Assembly: GCF_963921235.1 (NCBI RefSeq)
Contig: NC_086108.1
Coordinates: 101,868,001 to 101,932,000 of the forward strand
Reading direction: 5' to 3'
Source: Mobula hypostoma
Taxonomy: Eukaryota
DNA: 64,000 nt
The translations under genes and the position numbers were made by a program. Every line of letters begins with the position of its first letter. Within the stretch, counting starts at the first letter, position 1. Below the pieces are notes generated by a model, which saw only the letters and a program-made list of their open reading frames with translations, had not been told where the DNA came from and did not search any database. Shown piece by piece: positions 46,833 to 60,828 of the stretch.

Positions 46833-47453
46833 ATGAATTCATATAGCCCTATTGCTTTACTCAATTTTGATACTAAAATTTTATCTAAAGTGTTGGCTCG
46901 CAGACTTGGAAGTATTATATCTTCTGTAGGTTTGGATGATCAGACAGGATTTACTAAACATCGATATTCCCATTTTAATATATGGCATTTGTTATATGTT
47001 ATACATTCTCCATCTAAGGAAATATCGGAATGTGTGATATCTTTGAATGCGGAGAAGGCCTTTGACAGAGTTGAATGGAATTATCTTTTTATATCCTTAG
47101 AAAAATTTAATTTTGGATATAATTTTATTCATTGGATTAAATTACTTTATTTATTTCCCTCCACTCGGGTTCTTACTATTATAACATTATATGGTAAGGT
47201 ATTTTTTTCCTCTTTTTTTAACCCACCAGCTCATTTTGGTAGTAGGGGTAGATTTTTATGAAATAAAATACAATTATTTTATTTTATTTCATTTCATTAT
47301 TCAATCTTTTTTTCTACATGATTGACTTGGAATATGGGATATTGTGATCATATTACTGTGATTTAAATGTAATGTAATTCGTATTACTTGTATCCTTATG
47401 ATTTTTGTATTTGTATTTATCCAATTTATATAATATTAATAAAAATATTGAAA
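46833..47453 (+). mobile_element. L1 fragment (RT N-terminal part joined to an AT-rich 3' UTR)
   Basis: SYSPIALLNFDTKILSKVLARRL..DQTGF...SLNAEKAFDRVEWNYL. Confidence 0.8.
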
Positions 47454-47710
47454 GAGGTATCTCATTCAATGTCAAGGATGTTTCAGCCTTTCCTCTTCCC
47501 TCTACTTTAAGCTCCAAGATTTTCGAGTCAAAGATTTCTGTTCTGGCCAGGACTTTGCAAAGGAAGAACTTGCCTTACCTTTGGGTTATGTCAGTACTTT
47601 TGAACTCCCTTTTCAATTCTTCTTATTCTTTAACAGTATCAGTGGGATATGGGACACAACAATGCAGAGAAATAGAAAAGACTAGAGAAAGTAGAGGGTA
47701 CAGGCCAGTC

Positions 47711-50340
47711 AAAATTCAAAGAAATGTTATTGTCAGAGTACATATATATCACCACGTACAACACCAAGATTCACTTTCCTGTGGGCATACTCAGCAAATC
47801 TATAGAATAATAGCAAGATCAGTGAAAGATCGAGTATAGAAGACAACAAAATGTGCAAATACAAATATAAAAAAAACAAGAGCATGAAGTTACAAAATAA
47901 AACATCCTTAAAATGAGATAATTGGTGGTGGGAACATCTCAATAGATGAGTGTAGTTACCCCATTCTGTTGAGATGTTCCCACAACCAATAATCTCACTT
48001 TAAGGATTCCTTAAGAAGTTTAAGCTCCAAGATTTTCTGGTCACATACATTTGTTCTGGCCAGGACTTTGCAGAGGAAGAACTGAAAGAGGTGGATACAG
48101 GCCAGTCCATCACAGGCAAAGCCCTCTTCGTCATTGAGCATATTTACAAATAGCACTGTCACAAGAAAAAAAAGCATCTATCATCGAGGACCCCACCTTA
48201 CAGGCATTGCGTGCTTCTTGCTACTATGATAGGGCAGGAGATACAGAGCCTAATGTCCCACACCACCAGGTTCAGGAACAGTTGTTACCCTACAACCATC
48301 AGGCTCCTGGATTGCCATGGATAGCTTCACTCATGACACTATGAACTGATACCACAGCCTACAGACTCACTATCAAGGACTTTAGAAATCAGGTTCCCAG
48401 GATTATTTATTTTTATTTGACAATTTGCCTTCTTTTGTCGACTGTTTGTATCAAGTATCAAGACAAATTTTCACTGTACCTCAGTACATGTGACAGTAAG
48501 AATCTAATGCCAATACCAATTGCTTGCAAAATTCAATGTACTTCTAAAATTGCTGGGTACAGAGTTCTAGAGTTTTGCTGTTAAGGAAGCAGTAATACAT
48601 TTTCCAGCCAGGATAGAATGTGATGAGAAGAGCAACCTGTAGTTTCAAGTTGCAGGGTGTCAACATCTCAGAAGATGTATCTTGGGCCCAACATATTGAT
48701 GCAATTATGAAAAAGGCACATTAGTGGCTATGTTTAATTAAGATATTGTATGTTACCAAAGACTCTAGCAATTTTTTACAATGTACCTTGGAAATCGTTC
48801 GAACTGATTGCATCACCATCTGGTGTAGAGAGGCCATGCACAGGATCAGAAAAAGCTGCAATGGAGTGTGAACTCAGCCATCTCCATCATGGACACTAGC
48901 CTCCCCTGCTTTAAGGACACCACCCAAAGGCAATACTTCAAAAAATGCGGCATCTATCATTTAGTACATCCATCACCCAGGACATGCTCTCTTCTTATTT
49001 GTATAATCAGAGAGGAGGTACTAGAGCCTAAAGACATACAATCAGCGTTTTAAGAATAGCTCTTCCTATCCACCATCAGATCTCTGAATGGACAATGTAC
49101 CAATTCATAAAAACTATCTCACTACCTTTGCTCTCTTTCTGCAGCACTTATTTAATTTTTAATATATTTCATATTGTAATGTATAGTTATTTTATGTATA
49201 ACGCTCTACTGAAAAACCATAAATTTCATGACATATGTCTGTGACTTTAAACCTGATTCGGAGGTGATTCAAAGTTCAAGGTATGTACAGTGTATGTCAT
49301 TACTACCTTGAGATTCATTTTCTTGCAGGAAAATCATTAAAGAGGTCCTGACTGGCAGGAGTGAGAATAAAGGAGACCTTTTCTAGTTGGCTGCCGGTGA
49401 ATAGTGGTGTTCCACAGGGGCCCGTGTTGGGACTGCTTCCTTTCATGTTATATGTCAAAGATTTTGATGATTCCGTTGATGGCTTTGCAGCCAAATTTGT
49501 GGATGATACAAAGAAATGTGGAGGGACAGATAGTGTTGCAGAAGCAGGGTGCCTGTAGAAGGCCATGTACACATTACGAGAATGTGCAAAGAAGTTGCAA
49601 ATGAAATACAGTGTAGGGAAATGCATGGTCATGCTCTTTGATAGAGGGAATAAAGGCATAGTCTATTTCCTAAACAGGAAAAAAAAATCAGAAATTAAAA
49701 GTGCAAATGGACTTGGGATTCCTCGTACAGGATTCACTGAAGGTTAACTTGGAGGTTGAGTTTGTAAAGAAGGCAAATGCAGTGTTAGCATTCATCACAA
49801 GAGAACTAGAATATTAAAACCAGTTTTCCTGACCTTCTTCACCCTCCACTGATGCTACCAACATTTTCTTCCTTCATATATCACTCAGATCCCAATATGT
49901 CCACACCATGACAGAGATTTTTAGTTATGGTTTAGATCTGATTCAAAGTTCAAAGTAAATTCATCATTAAATTATGTACAGTATTTGTCATCATATACAA
50001 TCCTGAGATTCATTTTCTTGCTGGCATACTCAAAAAACTCAATGTCCATTATAGAATCAATGAAAGACTGCACTAACAGGTCGGATAACCAATGTGCAAA
50101 AGAGAACAAACAGTGCAAATGTAAAAAGAAGAAATAATAATAACACTAAATATACACTATAAGCAATAAATATCAAGAACATGAGATGAATCCATAGGTT
50201 GTCCACAGTTCAGTGATGAGGTAAGTGAAGCTGAGTAAAATGATCCCATCTGGTTCAAGAGCCTGTTGGTTGAGGGGTAATAACTTCCTGCACCTTGTGG
50301 TGTGAGTCCTGAGGCTCCTGTACCTTCTTGATGAAAGCAG
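47711..50340. mobile_element. Cluster of decayed Rex1/L2-like 3' fragments in both orientations and one CR1 RT fragment (49345-49815, +)
   Basis: Repeated TTCAAAG...GAGATTCATTTTCTTGC 3'-end motif (47.7, 49.3 and 49.95 kb). SGVPQGPVLG...KFVDDTK at 49361-49558. Confidence 0.55.
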
Positions 50341-50832
50341 CAATTAAACAGTAGAGTTCACAGAAAATCTCTGTTTATTATAAAAGCATGCAACAATTAT
50401 GTATAGTCAATAATAGGATATAACTCACGTCTCTCCTTCCACTCACAGGACTCAAGAGCGATGGCCAATGTCCAGTCTCAACCTGCAGCCGTTACAAACT
50501 TGGTCAAAGGGGAATTTTGACAATCAGTTGAACAACCCTTGCCTTTTATACTATCAAACGGACATGGCCAGAATGCAGAGGAAATTACTGCTTATGATAT
50601 TCACGACAATAAGATAATCTTGGCATAAGACCAATGATACAGTCCCACATCCAATGAAAAATTTTAACCTCCACACTGTATATTAACCCATTAAAGCCAG
50701 TGTATCATTACTCCGCATGGTATAAATGTGACAAACACTTTTGACAACAGTGAATTAATCTACTTAACAGCAGTTGGTCGGGCTACTGAATGCATATTCA
50801 TTGCCATGTGGGTGCACCAAATGTGCTGGACA

Positions 50833-51185
50833 AACATAGAAACATAGAAAACCTACAGCACAATACAGGCCCTTTGGCCCACAATGCTGTACTGAACATG
50901 TACTTAGAAATTTCAGAGGGTTACCCATAGCCCTCCATTTTTCTAAGCTCCATGTACCTATCCAGGAGTCTCTTAAGAAAACCTGTCGGATCCTCCTCCA
51001 TCACCATTGCGGCAGCCCATTCCACGTACTCACCACTCTCTGCGTAAAAAAAAACTTATCCCTGATATCTCCTCTGTACCTACTTCCAAGCACCTTAAAA
51101 CTGTATCCTCTCGTGCTAGCCATTTCAGCCCTGGGAAAAAGTCTCTGACTATCCACACGATCAATGACTCTCATCATCTTATACC
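50833..51185 (-). mobile_element. CR1 3' fragment, same subfamily as the 29.6 kb copy
   Basis: AACATAGAAACATAGAAAACCTACAGCACAATACAGG tail and 3' UTR. Confidence 0.85.
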
Positions 51186-52763
51186 CCTTGGATTGAGGGA
51201 TGACTGCACAGGCGTGTGGACGTCAGTGAGTTAGACCAGCTCAAAGAGTTGAAAAGGCAAACAGATATGCAGATGGAGAAGTTGCAGTGCCAGGTTTTGT
51301 AGCAAGAGCAGCAGCTCTTATAAGCATTTTAGTCCCTTGTTCCTGTTCTGGCATTCAATAAGATTCCAGCCAATTGATTATTCAGTGCCATGTTTGCAGC
51401 AATTTAAATAAGCAATAAATTTTGGTTCCAGCTGGAACTGCTGAAACCCAGCCACTACTTGCTGGTGGCCAATGAAAGAAAGACAGCAATTAAATACTTC
51501 GCCACTCACACTTTTTTCTGGTAAACAGTTATCTGTGGCTTCTCTGTCTGAGTTGAATGACCTGTAGGACCTGGTATTTTTGTGGTGTGGGCTGAGGTCT
51601 CAGAGACACAGGACAATTGCAGGATGTCCAGGCCAGAGATGCTGGAGCGGACTTGGAGAGAATTCGATTTTGTGGAGCCATGGTGAGGTGAAGTCAAGGA
51701 AAGGACAAAGGTCTGATCTATTTAAGAGTGGAGCCAAATTGTTTGTCACCAGGTTCGGATATGGCCCAAGTGCGGAGTGATAGACACTGAAACAGGTTGA
51801 TAGTTCACAGACTTTAATTTTAAAACTGTTAAAGTGAAAAGAAAACAATAAACTCTAGGCCAGACAGGGCCATTAACTAAATCTCGCAAATGGAAAACAA
51901 AGCCTACACTGCTGCTGAAAAGAACAACTAGGAATAAAATGAATCTTCAGATTCAGTTGACTTGACAGGCCAATTTCTCAGGCAAGGGAGAATGCAAGCA
52001 GATAGCAAAGCATTGCTGTGTCTAAGTCTCGACAAATACTACGAGAGAATGAATGGAGTTAAATACTATCAGAATAAAATAATAATTAGCTGACACATGC
52101 ATATTCATGAGCTCAATTTCTGTAAGTGCTGCGCTGCCAAAGCCATGGTTGTGATATTGGTAAGTCAGGTACCAGCTGAATCAAGGTGGCGCTGCCCGAG
52201 CCTGAAGGCGTATCAAAGTAGTAGAGATTGAGGAACTACCCGAGGTTGGACAATTTAAGTGCCAGCCAGATTGAAATGGTCAGGGTGTCAGGGTTGGAGT
52301 CCATGGACAGCGCAGTTCGGCTCACTGCTCTACAGGGTTTGCTGCGCTCTCTGCTGGACTGATGTTGTGGTCTGCAACTAGTGGACTTCAGGATCGGCTT
52401 CACTGATGCCTGGCTTTGTGAATTTCAGTTCTGAATGCTGTTTCCTTGCTTTTATTGTTTGCATGATTTATTTTTTCTCTCTCTCTGCACACTGGGTGTG
52501 TGATGGTTTTCTTTTATTTTTAATAGGTTCCATTAGATTTCTTTGTTCCGTGGGTGCCTGTAGGGAGACAAACCTCAAGGTTGTATAGAGTAGACACCTT
52601 TTGATAATAAGTGTATTTTGTACTTTGAAATTGAACTTGATGAAAAGAAAAGTGTTTGTCACTCTTCTATCATCTGGCACAAAGATAACCAGGAAGCAAT
52701 AGTTAAAATTTGAATACTTGCTGAGTATGTGCAGAGTTCCACTATCCATGTGACTTTTCACAT

Positions 52764-52946
52764 CACCACTGTCTGGAATGAGTTTGTACGTTTGCTCCAT
52801 GACCATTTGTGTTTCCTCTGGGTGCTCTGATACTCTCCCACATTCTAAAGACATGTGTGTTAGTAGGTTAATTGGTCACGTGGATGTAGTCGAGCAGCAC
52901 AGGCTTTTTGGGCCAGAAGGCCCTGTTACTGTGCTGTAACACTAAA
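52764..52946 (+). mobile_element. V-SINE (HE1-like) body with CR1-derived tail
   Basis: GAGTTTGTACGTT...GGGTGCTCTGATACTCTCCCACATTCTAAAGAC followed by the CR1-like end GGGCCAGAAGGCCCTGTTACTGTGCTGTA. Confidence 0.75.
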
Positions 52947-53829
52947 TGGTTGGTTTTGTCTATCTTATCCGATGATGACAATATCTGAAACCTGTGTGGG
53001 AGAGTTTTTAAAAGTGGAAAAGCCATTGCACTGGGCGGTTCCGCTCTCCTGAACTCAGAAGTCCATTAGGAGTAAACTTCCTTGTTTGCAATGGATGACC
53101 ATGACTTCTGTGCCTTGTCTTTTGCTCTTTGTGAAGTGTTGCAGAACCATATTCCTGGTCGTTGGATCTCACTGTTGGTCTTATCCAACCAGTCCATCCG
53201 AGCTGACTTCACGTGCTAGGACAGGTATGTTTGTCCTCATCTCACCGACAATGAGGCCTGCCAGCTATGCTCATCTACAGTGGTTTAACCTGCCTGATGA
53301 AGCATTAAACCAGGATATAATCGCTGTTGCATGCAAATAACTATTTAGAGCAACTGGTGAGAGCTGAGTGTCCCGTGGGGATGAAAGATGGGGGAACTGC
53401 CCCAGAGTGGACATGACAAGCCTCTTCACCAGAGCTGCTACCCCTCACTGTACACCCCATACACCATCTCTTAAAAAAAATTTTTAAGAAACTCTTCTCG
53501 GGTTTACCTTATTGTTCAAAAGACTTCCTGAAAAGTTGTTTCCTTTGCATTGTGATTATGTCCATTTGACGTGATGAATTATGAAAACAGTTGGAATTAA
53601 CCTTCAACTTGGATTTGTGATCAGAGCTAAGGAACTTGGCAGGATAAGACTAGGCATCAAGCCATCACCTTGGTGTCCTGTGAACAGAAGTTTCACCTTT
53701 TGCTGTTGACTTTATGTTTACTTTTGCATACTTTTATAATAAACTGAGATTTGTTGTAAATCTCCACTGTACTAGTTTGATTTTTACACCAATATTATTC
53801 AGACCTGAACCATAACCATAAATGCCTGT

Positions 53830-54742
53830 GCTGATGTAATAATGCTCCATAATACAGTTCTTTTAGCATCCAAATATCTTTTGATCTCTGCTATGAATAT
53901 ACTCAGCAAGGGTGCTTCCAGAGACCTCTTTGATAAAATATCGACAAACTGCAAGATCAAGAAATTTCTTCCAATCACTGTCCTGAATACCTAACCACTC
54001 ATCTTCAGAATGACCTTAGTTTCTAAATAGTTAGATATGAGAAATATCATCCCTACAAAAGAACTTGATATGTTTCAGTGATCACCTCCAAATTATTCTG
54101 AATTCTATACAATATATTCCCAGATCAGTAACACTCTCACCTTTGGTTTACTACCCATTCCAGGAATTATTTTTGTGATCCTTCATTCGATGCCTTTTAC
54201 CTCATTTATACTTCTTTATGTCGCGAGACCTGACCTGCACATGTGGCCTTACTGACACCCTAGTCAGGATGGCAAGCAAAGACTTTCACTGTATCTCAGT
54301 ACCTTTCACTGTATAATCAGTATCTGAGATAAACCAATTATCCTCCATAATTGTAATAAACAACTGAAATCTTGTTACAATAAAGCCAAAATATTGTGTG
54401 CTTTCTGAACAGCTTGCTTCATTTGCATATTATCTTTTGTGATTACTTACAAGAACCCAGGTCTCTCTGAGTACCAACATATCTCTCTCTCTCACCATTT
54501 AAAGATACCTCTTCTCCCTGTTCCTGGCAACCAAAATAGATGATGTCATATTTTTCCAGCCTATTGTTCATCTATTTTTTCCTCACCCATGCAACTAATC
54601 TATCTACATTTCACTGAACCCTCTTGCATTTCTCCTCAAACCACATGCTTAATCATCTTTTCATCATTCACAGACTTGGATAGATTACATTTTATATGCC
54701 AAATAGATGTTCCAAATTAGTGATATAGATGCAGCCCTAGCA
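53830..54742 (-). mobile_element. Highly degraded old CR1 fragment
   Basis: Weak nucleotide similarity to the RT and 3' region of other CR1 copies. No ORF survives. Confidence 0.5.
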
Positions 54743-54902
54743 CTGATTGATATAATACCACAGCAGTGTGTAATGTATTGTGTGAGTATTCGTAGCGTCA
54801 GAGTGCGTATGATATCAGAACATGGAGAAGTAAAAATGGATGTCTGGTGAATGAACGTGATTGTTCAATCTACAGCAGTGTCTGAGTCACATCAATATTA
54901 CA

Positions 54903-54914
54903 TGGTGTCAGAAG
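54903..54914 (+). promoter_or_regulatory. Primer-binding site TGGTGTCAGAAG (complementary to a tRNA-Leu 3' end)
   Basis: Immediately follows the LTR terminal CA and matches the common Leu PBS. Confidence 0.75.
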
Positions 54915-54951
54915 AAATCGCGAAAAAGAAGAAAGAGAAGACACGTAAAAG

Positions 54952-56145
54952 ATGTCACAGTTACAGCTACCGTCAAGTTTAAGCCGACAAGGTAATCTTG
55001 CTGAGAACTGGAAAATATAAATCCAGAAGTTTGAGCTGTTTTGCACAACTAGCGGTGTAGCTGAAAAGATGGAGAAAGTGCAATGTGCTACGTTTCTGCA
55101 TGTGGCGGGAGAAGAGGCAATAAAGGTTTGCAACGCGTTTGACTTCCAAGATGATGAGCAAGATAAAACTGAAACGTTGAAGAAAAAGTTTCAAGATTAC
55201 TGTGAACCGAGAAAAAAACCTGCCGTACATCTGACACTGGTTTTTCACAAGGGCTCAAGGACCAATAGAGACCATAGAAGCCTATGTAACAGATTTGAAG
55301 AACAAGGCAAAAGACTGTGAGTTCGGGCAACTGCATGCCTCTTTAATACGTGACAGGATTGTATGCGGCATACGAGAAGATCAAGTGAGAGGCAGGCTAT
55401 TGAGAGAGGCGGATCTTACATTAGAAAAGGTGACTGATTTTTGCCGTGTCAGCAAGATCACGTCAAATCAGGTTGCAGTACTCAATGAAGAGATTGAAGT
55501 GTACAAAATAAAAACTGTGAAAACTGACAAGAGTAGGACAAAGCCAGCTCCACAGGATGATCAAAAGGAAATTAACTGCAACAGATGTGGTTATAAACAT
55601 GGATACAGAAAATGTCCAGCCTTTGGTCAGACATGCAAGTTATGCCAGAAAAGAAATCACTTTGCAAAGTTGTGCAAATCGAAGGAGCACGCAAGGAAAA
55701 TGCATGCTGTGGAACAGAGTGAGGGCAACAGTGACATGTTCATTGGCACAGTTGAAGTGGAACAGGAGGTATGCATCAAGAATATTGACAATGCAGAGAT
55801 GGAGGATGAAGATGATTGGACTGAAGATCTGATAATAAACAGGAGGAATGTGACATTTAAGCTTGACACTGGGGCAAAGTGCAATGTAATGTCAGCAGAA
55901 ACATTCAACTCACTGGACATCAGAGGAAGACTGAGAAAATCCACCTGCAAGCTTGTTGCATATTTCGGCCACAAGAAGGTGCACTGGGCAAAAAAGCACT
56001 CACTTGTGTGTACAAAGGTCAAAAATACAAGACTGAGTTTGAAATAGTACAGCAACATGTTCCATCAATACTGGGCAAAGCAACATGCACAAAGCTACGC
56101 CTGGTGAAGCGAATCTATGGTGTTGAAAAAGAAAATGACTTTCTC
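54952..56145 (+). pseudogene. Gypsy gag-protease (stop at 55018-55020 and frameshifts)
   Basis: ORFs 55069-55320, 55295-56047 and 55879 onward. CKLCQKRNHFAKLC knuckle and LDTGA protease motif. Confidence 0.9.
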
Positions 56146-56687
56146 TTTTTTTTAAATTTTATTTTTATTTGGATAAGGAATTCACAATTATCATGTACTT
56201 TTTTCACACATATAACCTTTTCCATTTTTTTATATGTATAAAACTACAATTATTTATACATTCTTAAGTACACATTGAGATGATATAAAAGGAAAATAAA
56301 CATTTAAATAGATAATTATGTACTTTGGTAAATCTAACCTATTAGCCTAAGTAATGAAATTAGTTGTTAAGAAAAATGGTAATAATAGTTTCCATACAAC
56401 CCTGCTGGACCATTTCCACTGGTCCAAAATGTTGCATACAAGCCTATATACCAACCATTGTAGGTGTTTATATCCCAATTTGTTCGTGCTTGTTCCTGCC
56501 CGCAGACATATTTATCCAATCCCTATGTACTTATTTACTTAATTTTTTCTTTTTTTTATTCCTTTCCCAAATCTTTCCCTTTACTTGTGTTAATTCTCTA
56601 TTTTCCAAAAAAAAACAAACATTTAGACTAGGGGTGCTTACGTTAGCAATGTGTTGATGAGAAGAGCAATATAAATCATTAGGAGAG

Positions 56688-59600
56688 TCATCTAAAGTCT
56701 GCTCGCATTGGGGTTATATATTCAATCCATTTATTCCAGATTTGATAAAATGTTTCTTTTTGAGTTCTCAGGGAGTAAGTCAACTTTTCCATTTTAAGTA
56801 TTTCCAAGACAATTTCGTACCAATCTTCTAATGTAGGTGGTATTGGATTTAGCCATTTTCTAGTGATTGATTTCTTACTTGCTGCTAAGAGGGCCTGCAG
56901 CAACTTTATATCTTCCTTCTGTTCAAGGAACAATACATGCCCCAAATAGAGCATCTCAAAGTTCAGAGGTATCTGGGACCTAAGTACCTTAACTAATGTT
57001 CTATGAATACCTTCCCAAAATAGACTTAATTTAGGGCAATCCCAGAAAATATGAAAATGATTTGCCTCCTTGGAGCCGCACCTTCTCCAACACATCACAT
57101 TTGTATCTTTATATTTTTCCTGATATGGGGTCTTGAAGTATCTTATAATGTTTTTCCAACAATGTTCTCTCCAAGTCAAAGAATTAGTCGAGGACCATTG
57201 AAAGCTGCAGATTTTCCCCCAAGCCTCCTCTGAAAGTACCAACCCCGCTTCTTTCTCCCACTTCTCTTTAATATACAGTGTATTTACATTTTTAGCATGG
57301 GAGAGTGCATTATATAGGCGAGAAACTGATTTACTAGGTATTGAACTGCAAGCCGAATTCAGAATCTTGAAAAATTCTAATTCTACTGTTGATAGGTCTG
57401 TATATCTACAACTCTGGTTAACATAGTTTCGTATTTGAAGGTACCTAAAAAAGTCATTATGTTCTAGGCCATGTTTGTCCTGCAGGATTTGGAAACTTTG
57501 TAATACTCTTTTATCTATAAATGAGAGGTAGGTTGTAAGACCTTTCTTTATCCATAGCTCAAATCTTTTATCTCCTCTGTTGGGAAGGAATTCGGTATCA
57601 TATGCACACCATCTAAAGAGTTTTAACATGTTATTAATTCCACATGAATTAACCACCTTCTGCCATACTTTTAATGTAAGATTTATCCAAGCATTATTAA
57701 ATTTTTCCAACTGGGCCATCAATCCTTTGTCAGCTATTGAGGCCTGAAGAGGAAACTGTCAACTAATCCAAATTCTATTTCCTTCCATCTAACCTTATAT
57801 TCCTTATTACACCAATATAACAGAGGGGTTATCTGTGAGGCATAAAAATAATTTCTCAGGCAAGGAAGAACCATACCTCCTCCTTCCTTCCCTAACTGTA
57901 AGGTGTTATATCGAATTCTAGGTTTCCTTCCTTGCCAAATGAAGCGGGAAATCCATTTGTCCCATTCCCTGAATTGATTATCATCCACCTCCACTGGTAA
58001 AGTAAGGAAAAGATATAATAACCGAGGAAGAATATTCATTTTTATAGTATTTATCCTTGAATTTAAACTTAAAAAGGGGATAAGATTCCATCTATGCATA
58101 TCTGCTTTTATCTCTGAGATTAATGGCCCATAATTTACCTGTGACGGTGTTGAAAGATCCTTCGGCAGAGTTATTCCTAAATATTTTAATGATTTAGCTT
58201 CCCACTTAAGATCGTATGTATCCTGCAATTTTTTGGATGGTGTATAATTTAGGGACATAACCTGCGTTTTCTTTACATTTATTTTATAACCTGATATTTT
58301 CCCATAGTCATCCAACAGTGTAAACAATCCTATAAATGATTTTTCTGGTTCACTTAGATAGACCAAAACATCATCTGCGAATAACGCCACTTTCTGTTCA
58401 ATCCCTGCCACCTTGATACCTTTTACGATTTCGCTCTGTCTTATTAGTTGGGCAAGTGGTTCAATATATAGTGCAAAAAGGAGAGGAGAAATTGGGCATC
58501 CCTGTCTAGTGCCTCTCTCTAAAATAAAGGAGTCAGAGAGGTCCCCATTTATCTTAATTCGGGCTGTAGGGCTGTCATATAGAGTCTGAATTACTTTAAT
58601 AAACCTTTCTTGAAAGCCGAATCTTCCTAACACTCTGTATAGGAATGCCCAACTAACCGAATCAAAAGCTTTCTCAGCGTCCAATCCTACTACCATTGTC
58701 TCTGTCTTGTTCTTATTAACCTGTTCTAATATGTGCAGAGTTCTCCTTATGTTGTCCTGTGTTTGTCTTTGTTGAATAAATCCAGTCTGGTCTAAATGGA
58801 TTAGGCCAGGTAAAAGCTTTTCCAATCTGCGCGCTAATATAGATGTAAATAGTTTGTAATCTAAATTAAGAACACTAATTGGCCGATAATTGCCACATTC
58901 TAGTTTATCTTTACCCTCTTTAGGAATAACTGAAATAATCGCTTCTCTCCAGGAAGGTGGAGTTTCTCCTCTCTGCAAGATCCAATTAAAGGTGTTAAGT
59001 AGTAATGGGGCTAACTGTGTCTTCAGGGACTTGTACCACTCTGAGGTAAACCCATCAGAACCCGGGGACTTTCCAGCCTTTAACCTAGAAATGGCCACGT
59101 TCAGTTCTTTGACAGTTACTGGTTCTAATAAACTTTCATTTTGTAAATCTGTAAGTTTAGGTAGATCTAAAAAATTCAATACACTGTCTATATAGGGCTC
59201 ATTGGGGGCCCGGGGTTGGGAGTACAGCTCTCGATAATATGTTTCAAAACTCTCTTGAATTTTCCCTATTGTACTCTCCACAAGCTTTGTCTTTGGATTC
59301 TTTATTTTATGAATTGCATTGTCTGCTTGTTGTTTTCATAATTTATATGCTAATAATCTAGCTGATTTACCTTCTACTTCATAATTCTTTTGTCTCAGGT
59401 AAAGAAAATTTCTTTGAGTTTCCAACGTATAAATATCATCAATTTCACTTTGTAATTTCCTGTTTTCGATTTGAATTACTTTTGTTGCTATCTACAACTT
59501 GAAGTTGTTTTAATTTTCCTTGAAGTTCTGCTAATTTTTGTGCAATGATTTTTTTCATGTGAGTAGTAATGGAAATAATTTTCCCTCTCAGTACAGCTTT

Positions 59601-60466
59601 CAATGTATCCCATAAAATCACTGGTGATGTTTCTCCCATGTCATTAAGGTCTAGATATTCTTTGATTTCTCCCCTTAATCTCTCCATTACTTTCGGGTTA
59701 TTGAGCATATGTGAGTTTAGCCTCCATAGTGTTTTCCTCATTTTCCTTTCCAGGATTAGAGACATAGAGACTGGGCTATGATCCGACAGATCAATTGTTG
59801 CAATATTACAGTTTTTTATCCTGAGTCTATCTGTATTAAAGATAAAGAAATAGTCTTTCCTTGAATAGGCTGAATGAGGGAAAGAGTAATATGTATAATC
59901 TTTACTAGTAGGGTGTAATTCCCTCCAGACATCTATAATTCCCAACTCCTCCATCAATGAATTCACTTTCCGAGTCAGAGGTTTATTCTGAGTAACTATT
60001 CTTGAAGAATCTAATATAGGATTTAATCTAATATTAAAATCCCCTCCACAAATTACTACCCCTCGACAACTGACCATTAGGTCAAAAATGTGTCTATAAA
60101 ATGACCATTCACTACCTGGAGGAGCATAAACATTCAGCAATGTTATTTCTGTACCTTCTATTCTTCCTGTGATTTTTACAAACCGTCCTTCTTTGTCTCT
60201 AGTCTCTGAAATATGTTCATAATTAAGAGTACTTGATATTAAAGTAGCTACCCCTCTTTTGTGACTCAATTTATATGATGAATAAAATACATGCTTAAAG
60301 CCCATTCTTTTTAATTTTCCATGTTCAGATTGGCTCATATGTGTTTCCTGGAGGAAAGCTATTTGTGCCCTCTCTTTTTCAATTTAGACATAATCTTATT
60401 TCTTTTAATTGGATTCAAAACCCCATTAACATTATAGGAAATTATTTTTACCAATTCAGTTTGCAT
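56688..60466 (-). pseudogene. L1 ORF2p (EN-RT-CCHC), complete span but with about 3 frameshifts and an internal stop
   Basis: ATG 60466 MQTELVKIISYNVNG. GGDFN, SDH, KSPGSDG, DAEKAFD, GTRQGCPISP, FADD and CWRRC...HIFWDC. Breaks near 60370, 59455, 59337 and 57740. Confidence 0.92.
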
Positions 60467-60828
60467 TTTTCTCTAGTAGAAAAAAAGCACTCTCCTTTTC
60501 TAACCAAACAGTAAGCAATCCCTTCTCAACAGTAAACCAAGACATATAACCACACCCTAGACATTTCTGAACGTATAACATTTGAAAATTATTCCCGATT
60601 TCCCACAGTGAGGCCTGAGCACCGACCCGCCTCAGTTCAGAGGGATAACCTCTATCTTCACCCTGTGTTAGAGGGCCCTCAGCAGTTTGAATAATCATAG
60701 AGAATTTTCTCCTATTTATGTCTCGACCATATTGCTATCATTCAAGTTATTCCGCCTAGTTTATTTTCAGTTACCAGTTTTCATTTTACTTTTAAGTCCG
60801 ATTTACTCTTTTCAGTCATTTCTCTTAA

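Noticed and set aside
50345..50769. Possible minus-strand solo LTR (TATAAAAGG and AATAAA on minus, one TG end)
   Set aside because: I could not establish the second terminus or a TSD.
52960..53465. Repeat-looking segment with an 84-aa ORF
   Set aside because: No diagnostic motif, TSD or second copy in the window, so it is left unclassified.
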